Under the pieces are notes generated by a model. It had not been told where the DNA came from, made no database searches, and worked only from the letters and a program-made list of their open reading frames with translations. A stretch of DNA of 61,693 bases, counting the filler. It is 5 parts of 5 records of this genome, joined end to end, with 100 filler letters (N's around TTAATTAATTAA, not from the genome) between each part and the next. Parts side by side here need not be neighbours in the genome. Positions count along the whole stretch, not along the records: positions 12,841 to 23,525 come from SRR31147125_9269; positions 23,626 to 32,089 come from SRR31147125_9280; 3 more parts are not named here. One strand, 5' to 3'. The translations under genes were made by a program, and so were the position numbers. Positions within the stretch are counted from its first letter, which is position 1, and each line of letters starts with the position of its first letter. Of the stretch, positions 12,930 through 24,906 are shown piece by piece.

Positions 12930-13204
12930 TGGTTTAGTTTTTAATTATGATTTGAATTATTTCTAATTTTTAAAGCGTTTTGTGCCGCGGAAGTTTGAGG
13001 AGGAGCAAAACAAATGCATAATACCGTAATTACAGTTTTAGTTGCAAGTTGGTTCATGATGTTATTAGTTTAAAATTACTACATCAAAATAAACTCAAAT
13101 ACGCACCTTTATCAACCACTTTTATGCAATTTTTATCTGTTATTTTGAATAGATTGTGTTAGAATGGATTAGTTTTGTGTTGAATAACAGATGTTGTATT
13201 ATTC

Positions 13205-14079
13205 ATGAAAACACTACTACAAAAATTACCGCTTGCCAAAGACAGCTCGTTTATTGCTCAGACTTACGAGACTCCGTACTTTGAAACACCTTATCATCAG
13301 CATAATGAGTACGAACTGATGTTGATAAAAAAAGGACATGGAACAGCCTTTGTTGGCGATTATATTGGAGAATATGGGGTGGGGGATGTGTATCTGCACG
13401 GAAATAACCTGGCTCACTGGTTCAGAAAAAGAATGAGGATATGATTGGCGCATCGATGGTGGTTCAGTTTAACGAAGAATTTTTGGGCTTAGGATTTTTC
13501 GATGTACCCGAAATGAAAGGAATCAGGCGAATACTTAACCAATCATCGCGAAGTATTTGCTGTAAAGGAAAACTTAGAGAAAGTATAGGCAAGCAATTAT
13601 TAAAAATTGAATATTTAAATGGTTTCGAAAAAGTGCTTAGCCTGTTAAGTATGTTACACGAGATTAGTTTATCGGATGAATATGAATTTGTGTCGGGAGT
13701 TGAAATCACCCATTCGGAGAAAGACCAAATGTTGATAAATAAGGTTTTTGAGTATAGCATGAATAATTTTAAGCGAAAAATTACGCTTGAAGAGGTGGCC
13801 CGATTAACCAACAAAAGTGTTTCGGCATTTAGCCATTATTTTAAAAAAGTTACCAAAACCAGCTATATTAGTTTCCTAACTCAAATTCGTATTTCTCATG
13901 CTTGCGAGTTGTTAAAGTCGACCAATATGTCGGTTACCGAAATTTGTTTTGAAAGTGGTTTTAACAACTGGGCAAATTTCAGCAAACATTTTAAAGAGCA
14001 ATGCAAAACGTCCCCATCGAAATATCGGGCTAGTCTGAATCAAAGGGAAAAGTATACATCCAATAAAAAAGAGGTTTAA
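13205..14079 (+). CDS. AraC-family regulator (cupin + HTH), split by an indel near 13426-13430
   Basis: YHQHNEYEL cupin; ITLEEVA..FSHYFKK..RISHACELL..ICFESGF..FSKHFK..SPSKYR. Confidence 0.9.
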
Positions 14080-14098
14080 AAATTTTAAACCTCTTTTT
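14066..14098. terminator. Bidirectional terminator
   Basis: AAAAAGAGGTTTAAAA/TTTTAAACCTCTTTTT inverted repeat between convergent genes. Confidence 0.7.
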
Positions 14099-14171
14099 CA
14101 AGTTCAGTAAAACACTGTGATTTTAAATTTAAAAAGCACACGTTCAAAACTGGATGAACAATAATTCGAAT

Positions 14172-15827
14172 TTATTTCTTCTTCCGAATTTCTGTTCGGC
14201 GTATTTTACCACTAATGGTTTTGGGCAGCGCTTCAACAAATTCAACAACACGTGGATATTTGTATGGAGCCGTAACTTTTTTTACATGATTCTGAATATC
14301 GGCGACCAATTCTTCAGAAGGAGTATAACCTTTGGTAAGCGTTACCGTTGCTTTAACAACTTGCCCGCGCACAGGATGCGGCACTCCGGTTATGGCACAT
14401 TCAAGAACAGCGGGGTGTGTAAGTAGCGCACTTTCCACCTCGAAAGGTCCAATTCTGTAACCCGAACTTTTTATAACATCGTCGGCCCTGCCAACAAACC
14501 AAAAGTAGCCATCTTCATCCATCCAGGCTGTGTCTCCGGTATGGTACATTCCATCGAACCAAACTCTTTCGGTAGCTTCTTTTGCCCGGTAATACCCAGG
14601 GAACATGCCAACGGGTATCGATTTTTCTGTTACAACAACTATCTCACCTTCTTCGCCAACATCTACCGGTTTATTGTCTTCATCTACCAAAAGTAATTTG
14701 TAGCCCGGAGCTGCTTTTCCCATTGAGCCCGGCTTTGGAGTTACATTGGGAAATGTGCCCGATATAACAGTAGCTTCAGTTTGTCCGTAAGCCTCGCAGA
14801 GTTCAATACCAGTGTATTCTTTAAATTTAGCAAATACCACTGGGCTTAAAGGCTCTCCGGCAACCGTACAATATTTTAATGTCGACAGGTCGTATTTATT
14901 TAAATCATCTTTAATAAGGAAGCGATAAATGGTTGGTGGTGCACAGAATGTTGTAATTCCATATTTCTCTATATCCAGTAAAACATCGGTTGGTGTAAAA
15001 GTGTCAAATTCCGAAACAAATACAGCACTGCCGCATAGCCACTGTCCGTAAATTTTTCCCCAAACAGCTTTTGCCCAGCCGGTATCGGCCAATGTATAGT
15101 GCAAACCACCATCAATTACTCTGTGCCAGTATTTTGCTGTTGTAATGTGCCCCAAAGGATAAGTAAAACAGTGTTCAACCATTTTTGGCTCTCCGGTTGT
15201 TCCCGATGTAAAATACAACAACATTGTATCGTCGTTTTCTATTTTATCATCTCCGGCAGGACATTCATATACCTCCGGCATATCTTTTATACCGTCGTGT
15301 AAATTAGACCAACCATCCTTATTCCCCTCGATAACAACACGTACTTCTAATGTGTCAGAATCATTTATTGTCTCATCAACCGCATCTAAAAGGCGCTCGT
15401 CGTTAACCGATACAATTGCCTTAATGCTGGCCTTTTCGTTACGGTAAAGAATATCTTTTTTGGTAAGCATGTGAGTGGCCGGAACTGCTATTGCACCAAT
15501 GCGATGCAAAGCAAGCAGACAGTACCAAAACTCGTAACGATTTTTCAGCATAACCATAACCGCATCGCCCTTGTTTATTCCGAGCGACTTAAAATAATGC
15601 GCCGTTTTGCTACTTGCCTTACTTAAATCGGAAAAGCTGAATCGTTTTATATTGTCATCCTGATCGTGCCAAACAAGGGCTTCTTTGTCGGGGAATTCAA
15701 GTGCAGCCCTGTCAACTATGTCGTAAACAAAGTTGAAATTCTGGGGTACCTCAAGTTCGTAATTGTTATAAAAATCTTCGTACGAAGTATATTCTCGAAA
15801 ATCTTTTATATAGTCTTTATAATACAT
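14172..15827 (-). CDS. AMP-forming short/medium-chain acyl-CoA synthetase
   Basis: YFTSGTTGEPK, YGQTE, YHTGD, GRADDVIKSSGYRIGPFEVE, PKTISGK. Confidence 0.92.
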   Translation of the reverse strand: MYYKDYIKDFREYTSYEDFYNNYELEVPQNFNFVYDIVDRAALEFPDKEALVWHDQDDNIKRFSFSDLSKASSKTAHYFKSLGINKGDAVMVMLKNRYEFWYCLLALHRIGAIAVPATHMLTKKDILYRNEKASIKAIVSVNDERLLDAVDETINDSDTLEVRVVIEGNKDGWSNLHDGIKDMPEVYECPAGDDKIENDDTMLLYFTSGTTGEPKMVEHCFTYPLGHITTAKYWHRVIDGGLHYTLADTGWAKAVWGKIYGQWLCGSAVFVSEFDTFTPTDVLLDIEKYGITTFCAPPTIYRFLIKDDLNKYDLSTLKYCTVAGEPLSPVVFAKFKEYTGIELCEAYGQTEATVISGTFPNVTPKPGSMGKAAPGYKLLLVDEDNKPVDVGEEGEIVVVTEKSIPVGMFPGYYRAKEATERVWFDGMYHTGDTAWMDEDGYFWFVGRADDVIKSSGYRIGPFEVESALLTHPAVLECAITGVPHPVRGQVVKATVTLTKGYTPSEELVADIQNHVKKVTAPYKYPRVVEFVEALPKTISGKIRRTEIRKKK

Positions 15828-15838
15828 GCGTTATTTCT

Positions 15839-16393
15839 TTATGCTATAATTATTGCTAAGAATTTAGCTTCTTTTCCATCCAATGCCTTCATCCCGTGTT
15901 TTTTGCTGCTGTGAAAATATAAGCAGTCGCCTTTTTCCAAAACAACTTCGTGGTTTTCAATTTTTACCATTAATTTGCCTTCAATAACATAGTTAATCTC
16001 CTGGCCTTTGTGGCTGTTTTGCACCAATTCATCGTTGTTGGGCGCAACTGTAACTAAAAATGGTTCGGCCTTTTTGTCTGAAAAATTGTAGGCCAAATTT
16101 GAATATTTGTATGGTTTCCTTCTCTCAACTTCCAGACCTTTGCCGGCTCTAACTATCGAGAAATCATGTAGCTTGGGTTCGTCGCCCGTTAGCAGTGCTA
16201 CCAACTCAACCTTAAAATAGTTTGCAAAATTATACAGGAATCCAATGGGGATGTCAACAGAACCTTTTTCGTAATTAATATAGGTTTCCTTGTCAATGCT
16301 TAGTTCATTGCAAATTGTTTCAACCGTACAATCGCAAATTTCACGCAATGTTTTCATGCGTGCTGCAATTGCTTTTATTTTTTCTTTATTCAT
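15839..16393 (-). CDS. XRE-family HTH + cupin regulator
   Basis: N-terminal HTH_3; C-terminal cupin (H.GQE..YV.EG...GD..YF.S..H); upstream of the synthetase. Confidence 0.88.
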   Translation of the reverse strand: MNKEKIKAIAARMKTLREICDCTVETICNELSIDKETYINYEKGSVDIPIGFLYNFANYFKVELVALLTGDEPKLHDFSIVRAGKGLEVERRKPYKYSNLAYNFSDKKAEPFLVTVAPNNDELVQNSHKGQEINYVIEGKLMVKIENHEVVLEKGDCLYFHSSKKHGMKALDGKEAKFLAIIIA

Positions 16394-16605
16394 GTTTTAT
16401 TCCTCCCGGTTTAATTCTTTTAATAAATGGTTTAGCTTCTCATTTAATTGAGCCTGCGCGAAATAAGTGGAAATTTTCTAATTATCGAAATATCGATGGA
16501 ATAAGTTTAAAATTCTAAGTATTATGCTGAATTTTGCAAATGTTTATTATAAAACAATGTTGCAGAGCCACGAATAATTATTTTGAATAGAACTCCGGTT
16601 AATAA

Positions 16606-16640
16606 AAATGGGCATTCCGCCCACTGACGAATGCCCATTT
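16606..16640 (-). terminator. Intrinsic terminator after the GH29 gene
   Basis: AAATGGGCATTC...GAATGCCCATTT stem. Confidence 0.65.
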
Positions 16641-16664
16641 GCATTTCTTTTTTTACTGATTTAA

Positions 16665-18175
16665 TTACTCCAATTCTAACTTTAAAACTGTAGCAATTGG
16701 ATTATATTCTACATCTGGCATATTAATCAGCAATGTTTGTGGTGTGAGTTTCCAATCGACATCAATATCCGCTCCCATCAGCTTAATATTTTTTATAGGC
16801 GAAGGAGGCTGGTTGCGATGAAAACCGCCGATTGCTCTCATTTTTATTTGTTTGCCCGCTTCGGGTACTCCCAAAAAGAAAACATACATCGATTTTTTAT
16901 CTTTGGCAACCGTGTAACGAACATCATTAGCACTGTATTTTACTTTAGCCGATTGCCCGTCGTGCGAGGCGTCGGAAGCGTTTGCTGTACCGTATCCAAA
17001 AATCTTAAACGGGCGTGTACCATAAACTGCTTCGCCATGAACTTTCATCCATGCTCCAATATCCTTTAAAATGTCGCGTTGCTCCCATTAATTACACCAT
17101 CGGCCCGGGGAGAAATATTAAGCAGAACTGTTCCGTTTTTACTCCACACATCAATCATATTGCGCACAACCAAAGCTGCATCTTTGTATTTTTCGCCCTC
17201 AACATACATCCAGCGTTTTTCGCTCAAGGTAATATCGGTCATCCATGGTAGCGGGTAAATATCACGGCGTCCTCCCTGTTCAAGGTCGTCAATTCCATAT
17301 TCCAGTGGAATATCCTGATGTTTGCTACAAACCACAACCTCCTGGTTATTTTCTAATCCGCTGTTAAAATGGAACGCAAGCATTTCATTTATTTTATCTT
17401 CAGGAATCATGTTTAACCACGAGTCGTACCAAAGAATATCAGGCTGGTATTTGTCCACCACTTCCACAACCTGGTCGAGCCAGTATTGATTAAAATCTTC
17501 TATATTTTCCCAGTTCCCAAACAGCTTTCTAAGTTTCGGGTCGGTTGTTGCTGTTGGTAAATCGGGGTGGTAAGGATAGTGGCTGTTAAAACCGTTTCGT
17601 TCCCAATATTCGGGAGTATTGGCATTTCGCTGACCATTTCGGGCGTGGTGAAAAGTAGCCAGCGTTTTGATGTCTCTTTTTTCCAGCGACTTAAATAATT
17701 CCCCAACAATATCGCGTTTTGGTCCCATGTCGGCGGCATTCCAAGTATTTACTTCACTATCCCACATGGCAAAACCATCGTGGTGTTGTGCAACCGGTCC
17801 TGCAAACTTAGCTCCTGTCATTTGAAACAGATCTGCCCAATCTTCTGCATCGAAATGTTCTGCAGTAAACATGGGTATAAAATCTTCGTAGCCAAACTCT
17901 TCAATTGGTCCAAAATTTTTCTCATGAAATTTATTCACATCGCTCCCTTTTAAGTACATGTTGCAAGGATACCAGGCACTTCCGTAGGCGGGAACACTGT
18001 ATGGCCCCCAATGGAAATACATACCCAGTTTAGCATCGGCAAACCATTCGGGCGCTGCTTCTTTTTTTGAGAGCGATTCGAAGGTTGGTTCGAAGTTCTC
18101 TGTTTTTTGTTCTTCTGTTTTGTTATTGCAAGCGAAAAAAGCTAGTGCAATAAATCCGATTAAAATAGTTCTCAT
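16665..18175 (-). CDS. GH29 alpha-L-fucosidase/alpha-L-galactosidase lipoprotein (split by an indel near 17085)
   Basis: FFAC lipobox; PEWF.DAKLG.Y.HWG, HHDGFAMWDS, PDILWYD, SKNG..LLNISP, GEAVYGTRP. One extra G at 17084-17086 joins the two ORFs. Confidence 0.9.
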
Positions 18176-18183
18176 TCTTAAAA

Positions 18184-19479
18184 TCATTTTCTAAGCTCTT
18201 TATTTTCCAATTGTATGCGTTCTTTTTGTTTTCCACTCAAACCATGTTTCCAATGAAACTCAGGACTGTGTTGGTAATAGTGTCCTTTCATTCCCTGGTC
18301 GTCAACGTCCTGACTTAAGTCACAATCGAAACGGGTAAGTATGGTGTGGTTCCAGTTTCCACCAGCGTTAATAAAGTGTGAGATTCCCCACGTAATTCCG
18401 CGCCCGTCTTTTGTGTCGGTAAAAGCATCGGGAACAAACGGACCGGCAGCAACGGGCAAAAGTTCGGTTATTGAAGCAATCTCAAAATTCACCCAGTCTT
18501 TGGCGTACTGAATGGTGTTGTGTTCCTGCCCATCGCGTTGAACAATTGCAGCAACTCCCTCTTTAAAGGGAAATAATGTGGTTTCGTGTCCTGAATTGAT
18601 TACAGGATTTAAAGGATGTTTCACGAAGGGACCAAGTGGATTTTCAGCAATTGCCAAACCTTGCATTCGAATTTTCGATGGATTTAACTCGGGGCGTTTG
18701 TCGAAATCGCCTTTGTAATAAAGATAAATTTTGCCATCGTGTACCAAAGGATATGGGTCGTGAATAGAGTATTGGTCCCACGAACCTTCCGGACCGTTTG
18801 GAATAACCACTTTGTTTGCATGTGTCCAGGGACCATCGGGTGAATAGGCATAAGCTACCGAAACCGGGCAAAAATCGCCACGTAAACCACTGGCTTCCAT
18901 AAATGCCTGGAAATATAAATAGTATTTGCCTTTAAATTTTAGAATGTCGGTTGTAGTAACCGAGCGCCAACCGGGTTGTGGTTTTGGAGGACGAGGCACT
19001 GCAATGCCCTGTTCTTCCCAGGTAAAGCCATCTTCGGAAGTGGCATACCAAATGTCGGCTAAATCCCAATCACTTGATGGAATCACATCAGTAGCTTCTT
19101 TTGCATTTTTCATTCCAACGGGTTTTACCGGTGATTTACGGCCAGTGTACCAAACATAGTACTTCCCATTTTCGAAAATTACTTTCGACGGGTCGCGACG
19201 AGTAATAGTACCGTCTCCACCGTTATAATCGAAACCCTTTAGTTTGGTGTATTTGAATTGCGTATATAATTCGGTCTGCTCTGGACGTAAATTTTCGTAT
19301 GCATCGTAGTTTCGCGCAACCGCAGCACTTAACGAACGGTCTGGCTTTTCGGCAGGTACAAAAAATGGGAATTCTTCGTTTGCTGTTTCTTTAGCTATAG
19401 TTGTTTCTTCTGTTTGTTTTTGTTGACAAAAGAAAAGAGTCAGGCTAAATGTTAGTAGTACTAATAAGTTTCTTTTCAT
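18184..19479 (-). CDS. GH117-family alpha-1,3-(3,6-anhydro)-L-galactosidase-like glycoside hydrolase
   Basis: LSAA..R, TRRDPS, WDLADIWYATSEDG, HDPYPLV, SGHET, QRDG, FVPDAF motifs typical of GH117. Confidence 0.85.
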   Translation of the reverse strand: MKRNLLVLLTFSLTLFFCQQKQTEETTIAKETANEEFPFFVPAEKPDRSLSAAVARNYDAYENLRPEQTELYTQFKYTKLKGFDYNGGDGTITRRDPSKVIFENGKYYVWYTGRKSPVKPVGMKNAKEATDVIPSSDWDLADIWYATSEDGFTWEEQGIAVPRPPKPQPGWRSVTTTDILKFKGKYYLYFQAFMEASGLRGDFCPVSVAYAYSPDGPWTHANKVVIPNGPEGSWDQYSIHDPYPLVHDGKIYLYYKGDFDKRPELNPSKIRMQGLAIAENPLGPFVKHPLNPVINSGHETTLFPFKEGVAAIVQRDGQEHNTIQYAKDWVNFEIASITELLPVAAGPFVPDAFTDTKDGRGITWGISHFINAGGNWNHTILTRFDCDLSQDVDDQGMKGHYYQHSPEFHWKHGLSGKQKERIQLENKELRK

Positions 19480-19510
19480 TTTATGTATTGTTTTATTTGT
19501 TTCTAATTTT

Positions 19511-19595
19511 TCAAACGCTGTCAGGTCTTTATAGACGCTGACAGGTTTTGCCTCAACGAACCCGTCAGCGTACTTGTTCCTGACGGCGTTAAAAA
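19511..19595. repeat. REP-like paired hairpins
   Basis: CTGTCAG...CTGACAG followed by CCGTCAG...CTGACGG; same GTCAG/CTGAC core as the REP-like hairpins in contig 3. Confidence 0.55.
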
Positions 19596-19605
19596 CACTT
19601 TTTAC

Positions 19606-20823
19606 TCATTCCTCCACCCTAAAAATATAAACCTGCCGACTTCCCGAATGTGTCGAATTAAATCCAATTAAATCGCCGTTTGGACTCCAGCGGCAATGAA
19701 TGTCGCAGCGCCAGCCCTGGTTAAATTCTTTAGGCTGAATAAATCTGCCAATGGGCAAAACAGCTTTAGTTTTCATATCCATCAGGTATATTTTTTGTTC
19801 CCTGTTTTTCGATGGGTAAGTATCCGTAATCATCCATTTCCCATTAGGTGAAAAAGTACCGTGACCATCGTAGTCAAGCAATCCCTTTCCAAGTCTTTTA
19901 AAATCGTTCTGTCCCACGGTGAAAAGGATATGTGCATGTTGTTTCGCATCATATTTTGCGGTAATCATCAATTCATCATCGTTTAGCCAGTCGAAATGCG
20001 AACCGCCCCAGCCATCGGGAAAACAACGTTGAATGTTTGTACCGTCGATATTACAGGTTAAAGCTGTTGTCTTCCAACTTGGCAATGTTCTGGCTAACCA
20101 AAATACTTTGCTTCCATCGCGGCTAATTAAGGTATGGTTGAAGTACACCAAATCTTCGGGCGTAAAATCGTGAATCACATCTTTTACTTGCTCTATGGTA
20201 ACAATGAGTTTTGATTTTCCGGTTTCTAAATTAAGCAGAAACAATCCATCGTTTTGTGGTAATTGAACATCTTTTTGCGGGTCTTGTCCCTCGCCACCGT
20301 AACCATAAGCTTTACGCGTAATACTTAACCTCGAAAAGTTAATACTAATTGCTTCTTTCCCGTTGGGCGCAACTGCACTAACGGGCATATCAAATACACG
20401 AATTTCTTTTTTTGTGTGCACATTCAGAATAACAGAAACATATTTGCCATCTCTCAAATCGTTGTAAATAATTAGCGAATCGGGCGAAGTTGCCAGCCAG
20501 TGTGCCATGCAGCCTTGCTGGAAATTCCAGGCTCTTGTTTTGGCAATTGGTTCGAATTTTTCAGTTTTAAGGTTTATCAATCCCAAAACAGCTTCATCTT
20601 TTTCCGTAGGAATCCGGTCTGTTACATCGGTTTCCAAAACCGTAACGTATTTCTGATTCTGGCTAAACGAATTAATGCCGTAGTAACTGGCAAAAAGGTG
20701 TTCTTTTCCGTTTTTAGTTATTTGAATTGGCTCACTGATTTTTGGAAATGAAACAAAGCCCTCCTTCTGATTACAGGAAAAAAGAAGAATAGCCGCAATT
20801 GTTATTAGAAATATGCTTTTCAT
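19606..20823 (-). CDS. Beta-propeller lipoprotein (TolB/oligogalacturonate lyase-like)
   Basis: LFSC lipobox; WNFQQG, FNH, SHFDW, DGHGTFSP, TDTYP, RCDIHCRWSP, RQVY. Confidence 0.7.
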   Translation of the reverse strand: MKSIFLITIAAILLFSCNQKEGFVSFPKISEPIQITKNGKEHLFASYYGINSFSQNQKYVTVLETDVTDRIPTEKDEAVLGLINLKTEKFEPIAKTRAWNFQQGCMAHWLATSPDSLIIYNDLRDGKYVSVILNVHTKKEIRVFDMPVSAVAPNGKEAISINFSRLSITRKAYGYGGEGQDPQKDVQLPQNDGLFLLNLETGKSKLIVTIEQVKDVIHDFTPEDLVYFNHTLISRDGSKVFWLARTLPSWKTTALTCNIDGTNIQRCFPDGWGGSHFDWLNDDELMITAKYDAKQHAHILFTVGQNDFKRLGKGLLDYDGHGTFSPNGKWMITDTYPSKNREQKIYLMDMKTKAVLPIGRFIQPKEFNQGWRCDIHCRWSPNGDLIGFNSTHSGSRQVYIFRVEE

Positions 20824-20857
20824 TATTAAGAATTTAGTTCAATACTAATATTTATCT

Positions 20858-20977
20858 GTTTAGAATTGAATTAGAATGTTCGAATTCGAGGCTTGTGAAG
20901 TCTTAGAAATATGAGTTTACTTTCGTAAATGAATATTTTTAAGACAAGCGTAACGAAGAAGTCGGACATTCTAAACA
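20858..20977. repeat. ~120-bp nested inverted-repeat element
   Basis: TTAGAATGTTCGAATTC / GAAGTCGGACATTCTAA (15/17), inner GTCTTAGAAATAT / ATATTTTTAAGAC (12/13), innermost GTTTAC-TTTC-GTAAAT. Confidence 0.6.
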
Positions 20978-20983
20978 ATTTGA

Positions 20984-23525
20984 TTAAAACTCAAATGTCA
21001 AATCAATCACAATAGGCTCGTCGTCGTTGCCAAAAATCATCTCCTCGTTACTGGTTGGGCCTTGTTCTCCAATATCTTTAAACTTGGTGCCAATTGGAGG
21101 AATGTTTTTTACAAACGAGATGTCGCCTTCGGGCCACTTTTTAACTGCTGAGCCCTTTAGTGCATCTGCCGGTTCGTCGGGAGTAAGCATGCGCAAAAAG
21201 GTGTGTGGAGTGTGACAATACACATTAAAACCATTGCCATTATTACCACGAATCTGCGCCCAATAAATGCTCGAAAAGTAGCCTTTAAACTCCGGGTATA
21301 CATATCCCGATTCTCCGGTAATGGTATTGTTGTAATCGTTTTTCCAAACTTTCAGTTTCGTACCTTTCATGCGGTTTCGCCATACGCGGTACGGGCCATC
21401 GCCTAACCATTTCATTCCGACCACTTCGCTCTCGGGAAATAAGAATGTAATTCCATAGAAATCCTTGATTTTACGTGTTCCTTTTATGCTGGTTTGCAAA
21501 TCAACCAAGCCGTTTGAATGAACTGTCCATTTTATGTAATCCTGTGTCATTTCTTCGTTGTCCTCCCAGTCCCAATATTTTTTCCTTGGCTCGTAAAGTG
21601 CAACTATTTCTACCTTATTTTCTGAAGTAGAAACAAATACAGTATCTAACTTCGATTTACTTCCCAAAAGGATCGGCCCTTTTGCCAATGGAATAGTAAT
21701 ACCTTCTTTTACAACCTTTTCAATTAAACCTGTTTTTGCTGAAAAAGTGAAATCCAAATTATGAGTAGAAACTTCAATTTTGGAAGCGTTGCTATTAACA
21801 TCAAGCTTTCCTTTTGCTGAATATTCAAGTTTGTTTTCATTAAAATTATCAGGAAGTTTAACAGGGTACGACCATGTGAAGATTTCCATTCCGTGTTTAT
21901 TCCATGCAGTTAAATAAAGGGCATCGGCATTTTTCCAGTTTTGTGGTAAATCTACTTTAAAAGAACCACGTTGACCTGGCTCAATTGCAGGCAGTGAAAC
22001 CGTACTTTCGTTGAGTATTTTTTCGGTGGTTGAGCCGGAGGGGCCATCGAATTGTACCCACTTTGCTTTCATTGTACAGGCATCCATGTTGGTGAAATGA
22101 TAGCGGTTTTCTACTTTAAAAACTCCATTGAAGCCATCGCGAATGTATCTGTCGTAAATAAAAACAGGCGACCACACTTCTTTTATGGTAAAGTAACTTC
22201 CTTCTTTTTCTCCATAAGGACCAACAATGCCATCGGGTGCATGATTCCCATCGGTATCTAAAATTCCTCCTTTGTCAGTCCTCACCACAGCTTCATCGGC
22301 AAAATCCCATAAAAAGCCACCCGCCGACAAGGGCATATTCCACATTACTTTCCAGTATTCATCCAGGCTGGCTCCGTGTCCGCCATCGTAAAGTCCGTGC
22401 ATAAATTCGGTGGGGAAGGAGATTTTATCTTTTACATAGCCATCGTAAGCCAATCCATGATACGGCAAATAGTGGAAGGTATTTGTTTTTCCATAAATGC
22501 CCCAGGGGTGAATCACCTCACGTTTTTGTATGTCCCATTTGGTATATTCATCGTCGAGCTCGTTGTTCCAACCCGTTTCGTTTCCGTTATCCCAAATTAC
22601 AATACCTGGGTGATTAACATCGCGAACCACTGCTTCCTTAACAATCTTTTTTCCAACCTCGGTGTCCAGGTAAGGTACGTGCCAGGTACAAACCTCGTCG
22701 AGCACAAACATTCCCAACGAATCGCAAACATCCAAAAAATGAACATCGGGAGGATAGTGCGACATGCGCACCGCGTTCATGTTCATGTCTTTCATTAGTT
22801 GTACATGCTCAATGCTCAGTGCTTTTGAGGTTGTGCGCCCTGAATTCGGGTAAAAACTGTGGCGATTAACTCCCTTAAATTTAATTTGCTGACCGTTTAC
22901 ATAAATCCCATCGCTTTCTCGTACTTCCACGGTTCTAAAACCAATACGCTGCTTCGCGGTGTGTAAGATTTCTCCTTTTTTGTCTAAAAGGCTAATTTGA
23001 AGTTCGTAAAGGTTTGGGCTTTCAGGATTCCATGTTTTTATGTTTGAAGCGGAAGTGGAAACAGACCATTTCCCATCTTCCTTTTTTAGTTTGTCAATGT
23101 TTAAGTCTTGAATTTTATTTCCAGAAACATCTGCCAGAACAAGTTTAGCATCTTCGGCTTTACCCGATGTGGTAAAAATGTCAGCCTTTATTGCTCCATT
23201 GGCTTGCGCATCAATTGCTACGCGATTAATATTTTCTACGGGAAGAATTTCGAGATAAACAGGACGAAAAATTCCTCCAAAAATCCAGAAGTCGGAATTT
23301 CGTTCGGCAGCGTTTATCGATGCATTGGCCGACATTTTATTCACTTTAACTTCCAACAGGTTTTCTTTGCCATATTTCAGCAATTTCGAAATGGAATATT
23401 TAAACTCGTAAAAAGCGCCCTGATGAATTTCTCCGGCCAGTTTACCGTTTATTTTTACCTCGCAATCGGTCATTACTCCTTCGAAAACAATTTTCACCTC
23501 CTTATTTTTCCAGTCGGCAGATACC
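20984..23525 (-). CDS. GH2 beta-galactosidase-like hydrolase (5' part lost at the contig end)
   Basis: GGIFRPV, KGVNRH, NAVRMSHYP, WDNGNE (acid/base), TEFMH (nucleophile), GGFLWDF. Confidence 0.92.
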
Positions 23526-23625
23526 NNNNNNNNNNNNNNNNNNNNNNNNNNNNNNNNNNNNNNNNNNNNTTAATTAATTAANNNNNNNNNNNNNNNNNNN
23601 NNNNNNNNNNNNNNNNNNNNNNNNN
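23526..23625. other. Artificial contig spacer
   Basis: N-run with TTAATTAATTAA. Confidence 0.99.
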
Positions 23626-24815
23626 ATCCGGAAAACCCCGATTGGGAAAATTATACCCCATCACATACAGGTTATATCGAGGATTGGGAAGCGCACCAGG
23701 AGGCCATTGAACAAGAAGTGGATACGATTTTTGACAGATTTAAAGACGAGTCGACAAAACTGATACTGCAACAAAACCACGATAAACTGCTTGCCCTGGC
23801 AACCGGAGTTTTCTTTGCCTGCGAAGATGCAGAAATTGACGACCCTTATGGCGATTATGAAGATATGAATGAAACGCTTTTGGAAACATTCCACGCCGCC
23901 CTTGCAGATGTAAACGAAAAAATAGAACAGTCGGTAATCCCGGGAAACATTAATGCCGCCATCGAATTATTTTTATCGTTTTGCAACCAAAGGCATCCTG
24001 CAGAGCCTAACTTCTTGCTACAACTTGAACCACTGCTAATTACTTTATCTGAAAAATCGACACAACCGGCTCAATTGCTTGAAACTATCGATGCCTCAAA
24101 AGTTAACAGGGCTCATGTACCACAGTTGGTTCTCTTACTGAATAAAAACAGTGGAAACCGTACAGAATGGCTCAAAAGTGCAGAAAACTACTATAAAACC
24201 AACATTAAAATTGCCAAACAACTAATTGACTACTATTTTGAAAATGACCAGGATAAATACCTGCAACGCGCCCACGAACTTTTTGAAACTGACAATACAT
24301 TTTGGGCCGGGTATCTGCAAAATTCAATCAGTTACGAACTCGATAAGCAACTTTACATCGATGTATTTTACGAACTCTGCACATACCAACACGATATCAG
24401 CTATTATCAAAAAATCAATAGCCTCCTACCCCCTGCTCAAAAAGAGAAGCTACTGGCAGAAATGAGCTGGAATGCACGTTTTACGGTTGAAATACTTACT
24501 ACTGAAAAACGGTACGGAGAAATAAAAGAGGTGGTAAACAAAAATATGAATTCGTGGGATTTTGTGCACCTTCTATCGCCCATCATCGGAATTTACCCCG
24601 AATTCTGTTTTAACGCAATAAAGCAGCAGGTAACCAACACCTTAAAAACAGAACGCGGACGAAGTGTTTACGAGCGAATTGTGGAGAAAATGCAGTTGGC
24701 AAAAAACATCCCCGGATTCGCCAGCCAAACCAACGAACTAATAATGCAGCTATATAACCACAAACCCAACCTGCCGGCGCTAAAAGATGAATTTAAAATT
24801 GGAGGCTTGGTATGA
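23626..24815 (+). CDS. Helical hypothetical protein (C-terminal part; resembles SWIM-finger-associated proteins)
   Basis: Long ORF that probably starts beyond the contig edge; ends R..Y......HKPNLPALKDEF. Confidence 0.55.
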
Positions 24816-24906
24816 GAAATGAAAAACGTACGTGTATTAGAATGTATAACTTGAAAGCCGACAGAGCCTGCTGGAACAGGAAATAAAAATTGATAAAACA
24901 ATATAT

